From Candidatus Latescibacterota bacterium (lineage in GTDB: Bacteria; Latescibacterota; UBA2968; UBA8231): a stretch of 64,000 nucleotides of DNA. A program made the translations under genes and the position numbers. The stretch covers positions 896,001 through 960,000 of the forward strand of contig CBDCXV010000010.1 of assembly GCA_965223905.1 (NCBI GenBank). The letters are read 5' to 3'. The notes beneath the pieces are model-generated. The model searched no databases. It was not told where the DNA came from and saw only the letters and a program-made list of their open reading frames with translations. Shown here piece by piece: positions 56,631 through 64,000 of the stretch (the stretch's first letter is position 1; every line of letters starts with the position of its first letter).

Positions 56631-57301
56631 ACGTGGAGCCGCTGTTTGACGCCAAGTATCCCAGGACCCCGTACTGGCCCTGGTCGCCGTTCATTGGGCG
56701 TGACGACGCCGTGCATCCGGACCCCCGTCGATTCGTCAGCGAGCCCGTGGTGGTGACGGAGAAGTTGGATGGCGGCAACACGCTGCTTCACGCAGGCGAG
56801 GTATATGGGCGCAGCGTGTCGGCCCCTTGCGCAGGCAAATGGATGGCGATGGTGAAGAAACACCACGCCTGGAAAGTGAGGGAGCCAGATCGGTATCTCT
56901 ACGGCGAGGATATCTACGGGGTGCACAGCATCGCGTACGGCCCCGTGCCGGAGAACCGGACCTTCTTTGCCTTTGCGCTCAGGGGCGGAGACGGCGCATT
57001 CGCATCCTTTTCGGAAGTCGAAGCCTACGCCAAGCGGCAGGGCATCCCGGTCGTCCCGGTCCTGTTCAAGGGCCGCTTCCGGTCGTTTGCCGAGATACGT
57101 GCGTTCCTGGAGCGCGCGCACGGGGAAGCCTCCCTGCTTGGAGGAGAGCGGGAGGGCGTCGTACTACGGCTGGCCCGCGGGTTCCCCGCGGCGGAATTTC
57201 AGCACAGTGTCTGCAAGAGCGTCCGCCCGGGCCACGTGCAGAGCGAAGAACACTGGACCAGGAACTGGGTCCCGTGCAAAATCGCACGGGACCCTGGATG
57301 A
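56627..57301 (+). CDS. ATP-dependent RNA ligase family (Rnl2-like nucleotidyltransferase)
   Basis: KYPRTP..PWSP, TEKLDGGN (motif I), LYGE, REGVVLR, K.VR.GHVQ..HW; TTGA overlap (alternative GTG at 56633). Confidence 0.85.
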   Translation: MNVEPLFDAKYPRTPYWPWSPFIGRDDAVHPDPRRFVSEPVVVTEKLDGGNTLLHAGEVYGRSVSAPCAGKWMAMVKKHHAWKVREPDRYLYGEDIYGVHSIAYGPVPENRTFFAFALRGGDGAFASFSEVEAYAKRQGIPVVPVLFKGRFRSFAEIRAFLERAHGEASLLGGEREGVVLRLARGFPAAEFQHSVCKSVRPGHVQSEEHWTRNWVPCKIARDPG

Positions 57302-57354
57302 GGGATCTTCGCTCCTTCCGGGATGCCAGGATTGCCCCCGCGAAGGCCGGGCAC

Positions 57355-58350
57355 TCAGCGAATTGCCAGGGGCCGGCCGGGAGAGCCGGTCCCGCCCTTG
57401 AAGCGGATCGGAGTGAACACGAACAGGAACTCGTAGACCTCGTCCTCGACCAGCCCGTCGAAGACCATGTTTTCGAGGTTCCAGATTCCGTGCTTGCAGA
57501 TGAGCTCGGTGTGCACGGGGAAACCCAGGCCCGCATCGGGGTTCGGGGTCACCTCGCCGTTCCACTGGTCGGACCCCCACATCGAGGCATTGCGCTCGGC
57601 GACCCAGGCCGCCACCTCGAGACCGATTCCGGGTGGGTTGGTGTTGTACTTGTCGGTGTCGGTCCAGTACTTCGACCACCCGTAGCGGAAGAAGAGGGCG
57701 TCCCCGTCCTTCAGATCCTGCTCCGACATCCCCTGGCGCTCGAGGGCCGCCCTCACGTCGGCCACGGTCACCTCGTAGCTGTGATCGAGCGCTTCCACCC
57801 CCTTTTGGCCGGCGATGTCGATCAATATTCCCCGTGTCAGGTACGGCTTCACATGCTCGATTCCGAGCTTCTGCAGGCCGTAGGATCCCTTCATCTCGCT
57901 GACCGGGGTTCCGTTGTAGAACAGATCCTGCACCGAGCCGTCACCCATGGTGGTGCGGATGCCGATGTGTCCGGGGCCGTCGAACTGGGTCCCGACCTGT
58001 CCGATCTCGGCGGTCAGGATCTCGTCGTGGTAGACGAGCCCGTTCTCTCCGAACGGGCCGCCCGTTGGGGAACCCGGGATGAACATCGAGTAGGTGCGGT
58101 CTCCGAACAGCGGCATGCCGCGCTCGTACACCTGCCCGATCTCGTACACCTTGCCCGTCTTCACGAGCTGTACCGCCTCGAGGACCTTCTCCGGGGTAAT
58201 CCAGTTCGAGCCTCCCGCCTGATCCTCGGCCCCCCACAGCGGGTGCGGCCACCACGGCCCCTTTTCGCGCGTCTGCGCGAAGCAATCGCCGGCTAGAGCG
58301 GCGATGGTGACGGCGCAGGCCAGTGCCAGAGTCAGTTGACGCAGTTTCAT
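57355..58350 (-). CDS. Cyclase-family (kynurenine formamidase-like) protein, secreted
   Basis: Signal peptide, WGAEDQAG, GTQFDGPGH, TRGILID, PGIG, GGTGSPGRP. Confidence 0.87.
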   Translation of the reverse strand: MKLRQLTLALACAVTIAALAGDCFAQTREKGPWWPHPLWGAEDQAGGSNWITPEKVLEAVQLVKTGKVYEIGQVYERGMPLFGDRTYSMFIPGSPTGGPFGENGLVYHDEILTAEIGQVGTQFDGPGHIGIRTTMGDGSVQDLFYNGTPVSEMKGSYGLQKLGIEHVKPYLTRGILIDIAGQKGVEALDHSYEVTVADVRAALERQGMSEQDLKDGDALFFRYGWSKYWTDTDKYNTNPPGIGLEVAAWVAERNASMWGSDQWNGEVTPNPDAGLGFPVHTELICKHGIWNLENMVFDGLVEDEVYEFLFVFTPIRFKGGTGSPGRPLAIR

Positions 58351-58609
58351 GGTTGTCCCTCCTGTCTGAAGTGGGCGCCAAGTACCGCCAAACCGGGGGA
58401 GTCCGTCAATATCCGCGCTTCCCCGACCCTGTTCCTCAGGGGGACGCCGGGGGCACTCCGCTCTTCCGCCCCTTATATTTTGCGGCTCGGAAAAACGCTG
58501 GAAATCCAGATACGAGCACCTCAACAAAGTACCGATCCTTCGCTGCCATCGGCACCTGCCAGCCCGGAATCTTTCGGCCGGCTGAAGGATCGGTCGCAGA
58601 AAGAACCGG

Positions 58610-59473
58610 ATGCCTGAAATAGGAACCCGCGTCCTGGGCCGGACCGGCATGACGCCGAAGGCCCTCGGTTTCGGCTGGGCCCACCTCGAGACGGAATCCG
58701 ACGCCGTCGAGGCAGTGCGCGGCGCCATCGAGCTCGGGGTCGACTACATGGACACCTCTGCCGGGTACGGCGACAGCGAGCGCCTGCTCGGCCTGGCGCT
58801 CGCAGGGGGGTGGCGCGAGCGGGTCTACCTGCAGACGAAGACCGGCACCCACCCCGACAGGCGCGGGGATTACTCCGCGGCGGGAACGCGCTGGTCCGTC
58901 GAGAACAGCCTGCGGCAGTTCGGGACCGGCTACCTCGACGCGGTCCTGATCCACGATCCCGTTGACATCGAGCCGCCGCTGGCCCCCGGGGGCGCCCTCG
59001 ACGAGCTCTGGCGCATGAAGGAGGAGGGGGTCATCGGACACGTCGGCCTCGGCTGCCGCCCGCAGCCCTTTCATCGCCGCGCCATCGAGACCGGCCGGGT
59101 GGAGATCGTGCTCACCTTCCTCGACTACAACCTCATGACCCAGTCGGCGGCGGCGACGACCTTGCCGCTGGCCCGGGAACGCGGGGTCGGGGTGATCCTG
59201 GCGAGCGCCCTCGGCCTTGGCCGTCTCACCGGGATCGAGCCCGACCGCAATGCCGAGCCGCTTGCCCACCGCATGTGGCTGTGGTGCCGCGACCGCGGCG
59301 TCAACATCCGCCACCTCTCGATGCAGTTCTGCCTCGCCGCGGACATCGAGGGGATCGTGCTGGCCGGGCCGAAGGACCGGAAGCAGGTCGACGACGCCCT
59401 GGAGGCCGCGACCGCGGAGATCCCGCCCGAGGTCTGGGCCGCTTTCAAGGCGGAGTTCGGAGTGGGGCTGTAG
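58610..59473 (+). CDS. Aldo/keto reductase
   Basis: LGRTG, DTSAGYGDSE, TK, SVENSL, YLD.VLIHD. Confidence 0.9.
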   Translation: MPEIGTRVLGRTGMTPKALGFGWAHLETESDAVEAVRGAIELGVDYMDTSAGYGDSERLLGLALAGGWRERVYLQTKTGTHPDRRGDYSAAGTRWSVENSLRQFGTGYLDAVLIHDPVDIEPPLAPGGALDELWRMKEEGVIGHVGLGCRPQPFHRRAIETGRVEIVLTFLDYNLMTQSAAATTLPLARERGVGVILASALGLGRLTGIEPDRNAEPLAHRMWLWCRDRGVNIRHLSMQFCLAADIEGIVLAGPKDRKQVDDALEAATAEIPPEVWAAFKAEFGVGL

Positions 59474-59814
59474 GGCCATTCCCTGCCGGCTCGCGGCTGG
59501 TACGGTCGAAGGTGCGACCGGGGCCATGCCGGATCAGGGACGCATTCCGCTTTCCCGAAACCCGCGGCGAGAGGCCACTCCGATACAGCAGGCACGCTCG
59601 GGCCCTGCCCCCCCCCGTATTCCCCAGATTGCAGTATCTACGGCTCTTCCGGCACCGGGCTCCCTGCCCATGAAAGGTCCCCCGCGAAGCCGGACCCCGA
59701 TATCACAGGAAGCTTGCGGCCCGGCAGCGCTATGGATGCGCGACAGGGTTCCGGCCTGCTGCCCCCGATCGGGAATCGGACGTAGGAATCAGGGTAACTG
59801 ACCCGGCGTTCCCC

Positions 59815-60771
59815 TCACGCCTGCGACTGGAGGATGTACTGCTCCACCTCGTGGTCGAAGGTCTCCTTGAAGGTGCGGCCTTCGAACAGCTCTACGAGGG
59901 GGATGCGTTCGTCGGGGTCGACCTGCGAGTTGGCGCTGGGATCCAGGTTGGCTCCGATGAGCTGTTTCTGCACCGGGCTGCACATCTCCGCGGCTTCGGG
60001 CGACACCTCGTTGCGGTCGCTTAGCCGGGCCCACCAGGGGCCGTACACGTAATACAGATTGCGGCGGTACACGTCCGAGGTGTTGCGTGAGACGGCGTGG
60101 AAGAGGGCGTTGTGAAAGACGACGGCGTCTCCCCTTTTCAAGGTGATCTGCAGGGCACCGGGGCAGCCTTCGCAGATATCGTCGAGCTCCTGGTACGAGG
60201 CGAAGGAGGTCAGCCTGAGGACGTGGTCCAGGCCCGCAGGGATTTTCGGAAACCCCAGGCGATGGCTTCCCGGAATGACGCAGAAGTTGCCCATGTCCGG
60301 CTCGGGCATGTCGGTGAGAAACCAGCCGATCCGGAACTGCTGCAGCGGCAGCAGGCCTCCCGCGGCCGGAAATCCGTAGGGGGCCATGGTATCGCGGTGC
60401 CAGCGGCTCTTCGGCCTGGGGTCGGGAGGGCGAATCATGACCTGCGTGGCGAGGGCGTGGACGGCCGCCCCCATCAGGCCGCAGACCAGCCCGAGGTGGT
60501 TGCGGTGGTCGAGCAGATCGATGAAGACCCGGTTGGGCCGGGTGGGAAGCGGGGTGTTGCCGTTCGACCGGTCGATGGTGCGGTCGACGATGTTCATCAG
60601 GTCGAGGTAGGTGCCGGCCTCGCGCCCGTGCCGCCGGGAGAGCTTGTCGCAGCGGTCGATCTCCGCGTCGATGGCGGCCATCTCCGCCTCGGTCAGCGCA
60701 TCCTCGACGATGAAATAGCCGTCGCGCTCCCACTGCTCGCGTTCGCTGTCGGTCAGTCGGCGGAAGTCCAT
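59815..60771 (-). CDS. Phytanoyl-CoA dioxygenase (PhyH) family
   Basis: WHRD, WFLTD, VIPGSH, GDAVVFHNALFH, RR. Confidence 0.88.
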   Translation of the reverse strand: MDFRRLTDSEREQWERDGYFIVEDALTEAEMAAIDAEIDRCDKLSRRHGREAGTYLDLMNIVDRTIDRSNGNTPLPTRPNRVFIDLLDHRNHLGLVCGLMGAAVHALATQVMIRPPDPRPKSRWHRDTMAPYGFPAAGGLLPLQQFRIGWFLTDMPEPDMGNFCVIPGSHRLGFPKIPAGLDHVLRLTSFASYQELDDICEGCPGALQITLKRGDAVVFHNALFHAVSRNTSDVYRRNLYYVYGPWWARLSDRNEVSPEAAEMCSPVQKQLIGANLDPSANSQVDPDERIPLVELFEGRTFKETFDHEVEQYILQSQA

Positions 60772-60842
60772 ACCGGGTATCCCCCCTTTTGCAACTGAAA
60801 CGGGTATTTGTCGATTCCGTCCGACGGTTCCCCGCAAGGCCG

Positions 60843-61901
60843 TCAACCGGATGCCGGCGGGTCCGGTTCGGTGGCCTGCGGCTCTCTTTCCGAGGTCCGT
60901 ATCAGCGCGCGCATGTACCCCAGGTCGAAGGCGTTGGTCTGGCGGAACTCCCCGTCCCCGTCGACCCGGGGCCAGTGCGCCGGAGCGAGGTGGGCGCCGG
61001 AGCCGGCCCTGTTGAGGGAGCGGATGACGGCGAGGAGATCGCAGTCGCCGAGGTCGAGGAAGGTCTCCCCGAAACTCGGGACAGTGCCGTTGACGGCCTG
61101 CACGTGGCCCATGAAGATCCTCTCACCCCCCAGGGAGCGGATCGCGTGATCGAGGTCGATCCCCATCGCCTGCCAGTTTCCCAGGCACATGTTGATCCCC
61201 CACATCTCGCTGCCGCCGATCTCCAGTGCGCGCAGGTGTCCCTCGAGGTCGTGGAACAGCCTCGGCACCCCTCCCATGCTCGCCACCGGCGGGTCGTCCG
61301 GGTGCACGGCCATCCTCACCCCCGCCTCTTCGCATACCGGCACGATCCTGCGGGCGAAGTACTCGTAGTTGTCCCACATCTCCTCGCGGCTGTACTCGCG
61401 GCCCCGGAACAGGGGCAGCGGCTCCAGCCTGTCCATGTCGATCCGGGACAGCAGCGCGCCCCCGCGGCCCCGGACTTCGTACGAATGGCGCCAGGATGCG
61501 CTGACCATCGTCGGGGGGTTGACCATCCAGTGGTAGGCCATCAGGGTGACCCCCGCCTTTCCCGCCAGCCGGATGTTGTGGGCGAGATTGTCGATCTGCC
61601 GGTCGCGCAGTTCCCCGCCGAGCCAGATGTGCTCCATGGCCGATGCTTCGGCCTGGCCGGCCAGCTCGAGGGTGCCCAGCTCCATGCCGAGGTCGCGGAT
61701 CTCGTTGACGAGGTTCACCAGCCTCAGGTAGTCCCAGCGCAGGCCCGGCTTGCTTCCCCCGGTCTTGCCGCCGGGATTGAGACTGGGGTCGATGCAGCTG
61801 ACGATGACCTTGTCGACGCCGAACTGGGCGAGCGACCGCAGGAGGGTCTTGTCTTTCATCACAGGCTCGAACCGGGCGTACGCCCCGAGACAGACAGGCA
61901 T
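60843..61901 (-). CDS. Mannonate dehydratase (UxuA)-like protein
   Basis: IRLAGKAG, WDNYEYF..IVPVCEEAGVRMAVHPDDPP, F.ETFLD.GD. Confidence 0.8.
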   Translation of the reverse strand: MPVCLGAYARFEPVMKDKTLLRSLAQFGVDKVIVSCIDPSLNPGGKTGGSKPGLRWDYLRLVNLVNEIRDLGMELGTLELAGQAEASAMEHIWLGGELRDRQIDNLAHNIRLAGKAGVTLMAYHWMVNPPTMVSASWRHSYEVRGRGGALLSRIDMDRLEPLPLFRGREYSREEMWDNYEYFARRIVPVCEEAGVRMAVHPDDPPVASMGGVPRLFHDLEGHLRALEIGGSEMWGINMCLGNWQAMGIDLDHAIRSLGGERIFMGHVQAVNGTVPSFGETFLDLGDCDLLAVIRSLNRAGSGAHLAPAHWPRVDGDGEFRQTNAFDLGYMRALIRTSEREPQATEPDPPASG

Positions 61902-61926
61902 GGAGTTCCTCCTCAGTTTCTCCGCA

Positions 61927-62439
61927 TCAGGCGGACCGTCCCCTGGCTGCGAGCACGGACATCTCCGCCAGGCGGCGGCCGAGCCGGGCCGCCCAGGCCG
62001 CGGTGTTCTCATCCAGCTGTTCGACGATGACGCCGCCGACGAAGTCGGAACCGCCGGCTTCCGGAGTGCCCTGTCCGATCACTGCCATGTTGTAGAGCAG
62101 GAACGAACGCAGGATCACCTCGATGACGGGCTCCTGGCCCCCGAAGGAGCCGTGCGAACCGGAAAATGCGGCGCCGACCTTGTAATGGAGCTGCTCGCGG
62201 ATTTCGGACATTCTGCCGATCAGTGCGCCAATCTCGGGAGAGACGGTGTGCCCCGGCATCTTCGGCGAGCCGATGGCGATGCCGCCGGCCCTGACGAGAT
62301 CCTCGTCGCTCACCCCGGAGACCGGCTTGACCGTAACCGCGGCGCCGTCGACCTCGGCGGCGCCGACGCGAATCCCCTCGGCGAGGCGCCCGACGGGGCC
62401 GTCTCCGTACGTGTGGTAGATGATCAGCACCTCGACCAT
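61927..62439 (-). CDS. Flavodoxin-like / WrbA-family protein
   Basis: VLIIYHT.G, IAIGSP, KVGAAF, GGQE, ARLGRRLA. Confidence 0.8.
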   Translation of the reverse strand: MVEVLIIYHTYGDGPVGRLAEGIRVGAAEVDGAAVTVKPVSGVSDEDLVRAGGIAIGSPKMPGHTVSPEIGALIGRMSEIREQLHYKVGAAFSGSHGSFGGQEPVIEVILRSFLLYNMAVIGQGTPEAGGSDFVGGVIVEQLDENTAAWAARLGRRLAEMSVLAARGRSA

Positions 62440-62529
62440 GGCTACATTCCATCCCCTCTTCGCCGGACGCCGAAGAGCCCGCTTCGGGGCCTGTCAGCGA
62501 CCGCGGCGCAATTATAGAGGAACCCCCCC

Positions 62530-63990
62530 GTGATGCAAACCGGATCGCCGTTCAGCCTCAAGGGCCTGCTGGTCGGCACAGCACTGTCGGTCTTCATCGG
62601 CCTCGTCGGCACCTACGGCATGATGCACGCCTACGCGGAGATCGGGTTCAACCCTTCCTCACCCGCGGCCATCTTCCTGTTCCTCCTCGTCACCCTGTTC
62701 GTCAACAGCGTTCTGCGGCTCGCGGCGCGGCCCCTCGCCCTGTCGAGGGCGGATCTCGTCCTCGTGTACGCGATGATGCTGATGTCGCTGACGGTTCCGA
62801 CCTGGGGGTTCCTCTTCTTCCTGTTCGGAACAATGGTGTGGCCCTTCTACCACGCCACTCCGGAGAACCGCTTCGGCGAGATCTACCTCGACTGGATTCC
62901 CGAGTGGATCGCCCCCCACGACCTCACAGCGATCAAGCATTACTACGAGGGGCTCCCGGAGGGGATGCCGCTGCAGTGGAACGCCTGGCTGGAGCCGCTG
63001 GCGAACTGGTTCCTCTTCTTTCTCGTCATCGGCTTCATGCTGATCTGCCTGAGCGCGATCTTCCACCGCCAGTGGTCGTCCCACGAGCGCCTGACCTACC
63101 CGATGATGCAGCTGCCCGAGCGGATGATCGAGGACGGCGGCGGGCTGATCGCCCCGTTCTTCCGGGACAGGACGATGTGGATCGGGTTCTCCATCCCGTT
63201 CTGCCTGTTCAGCCTCGCCGGGCTGCACCATTTCCATCCGGTGATTCCGGCCTTTCCCTTCCACCACGCCCACATACCGCTGGCCGGCCCAACCGTAAAC
63301 CTGCCGATCGTCTTCAGCTTCGCCTGGGTCGGTTTCTTTTTCCTCGTCAACCTCGACATCACCTTCAGCATCTGGTTCTTCTTCGTCCTCTTCAAAATCG
63401 AGAAGGCGGTCTTCACCACCCTCGGGATCGCCGGCAGCGAGGTGCTGAGCGCCTACGAGGGGGGAGGGCACGAGACCGACATCACCCACCAGGCGACCGG
63501 GGCGGCGATCGTCTTCGTCCTCTTCGTCGTCTGGAGCGCGCGCCGCCACCTCAAGGAGGCCGCGCTCAAGGCCTGGTCCGGGGCCCGCGACCCGGCCGAT
63601 GCGGATGAGCTGATGAGCTACCGCACCGCGGTCGCCGGCTTCGCCGCGGGGATGGTCTTCTTCGCCCTGTGGCTCTGGCGCACCGGGGTTCCGGCCGTGA
63701 TCATCCCGATCGTCCTGTTCGTCGGACTGTGCTGGTACGTCTTCATCACGCGGGTCGTGACCGGCGCAGGGGTCGCCTCGGCGCGGGGGCCCCTGGTGCC
63801 GGAGTTCTTCGTCATCTCCGGGTTCGGCACCGGCATTCTCGGCGCCAGGGGAATCGTGGCGCTCAACTTCACCCTGGTCTGGCAGGGAGAGATGCGCCAG
63901 TCGCCGATGATCGCCTGTTCCAACGCCCTGAGGCTGGCCGAGCGTGTCCGCGGATGGACGGACCGGCCGGAGTGGCCGCTGAGGCGGTAG
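62530..63990 (+). CDS. Polytopic membrane protein, DUF6785-like; possibly 3'-truncated
   Basis: YHATPEN, YYEGLP...W..W..PL..W, RQW..HERL.YP..QLP, many TM segments. Confidence 0.7.
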   Translation: MMQTGSPFSLKGLLVGTALSVFIGLVGTYGMMHAYAEIGFNPSSPAAIFLFLLVTLFVNSVLRLAARPLALSRADLVLVYAMMLMSLTVPTWGFLFFLFGTMVWPFYHATPENRFGEIYLDWIPEWIAPHDLTAIKHYYEGLPEGMPLQWNAWLEPLANWFLFFLVIGFMLICLSAIFHRQWSSHERLTYPMMQLPERMIEDGGGLIAPFFRDRTMWIGFSIPFCLFSLAGLHHFHPVIPAFPFHHAHIPLAGPTVNLPIVFSFAWVGFFFLVNLDITFSIWFFFVLFKIEKAVFTTLGIAGSEVLSAYEGGGHETDITHQATGAAIVFVLFVVWSARRHLKEAALKAWSGARDPADADELMSYRTAVAGFAAGMVFFALWLWRTGVPAVIIPIVLFVGLCWYVFITRVVTGAGVASARGPLVPEFFVISGFGTGILGARGIVALNFTLVWQGEMRQSPMIACSNALRLAERVRGWTDRPEWPLRR

Positions 63991-64000
63991 GCGATTCCCA

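Overview
High-GC bacterial chromosomal window dominated by carbohydrate and small-molecule catabolic genes (three Gfo/Idh/MocA oxidoreductases, two PhyH dioxygenases, GH32, a DUF4091 hydrolase, hydantoinase A/B, UxuA-like). It also carries a YknWXYZ/MacAB-type exporter, an S8-DUF1611 protease with an acyl carrier protein, a signal-peptide-bearing TldD/PmbA pair and VapBC. Secreted paralogs ending in 'SWGRIKASL' and a DUF6785-like membrane protein suggest a Latescibacterota/Poribacteria-like organism (inference only). Main discoveries: (1) a 6,999-bp, lower-GC IS1595-family cargo transposon (39721-46719) with perfect 45-bp terminal inverted repeats and an 8-bp target duplication. It splits a Zn-alcohol dehydrogenase gene and carries phage-like small genes, C4-like antisense leaders, candidate defence cassettes and a ~480-nt heavily base-paired non-coding region at its right end. 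(2) A stand-alone ~300-nt structured RNA (47752-48050, minus) with its own sigma70 promoter, GNRA loops, a 7-bp loop-loop complement and a terminator. (3) A translationally coupled ABC-ATPase(DUF3696)-PIN nuclease-RNA ligase operon (54775-57301), a candidate RNA cut-and-repair conflict system. A decayed IS630 with mappable ends and a perfect 48-bp palindrome are also present. All family calls are from motif recognition by eye; no searches were run.
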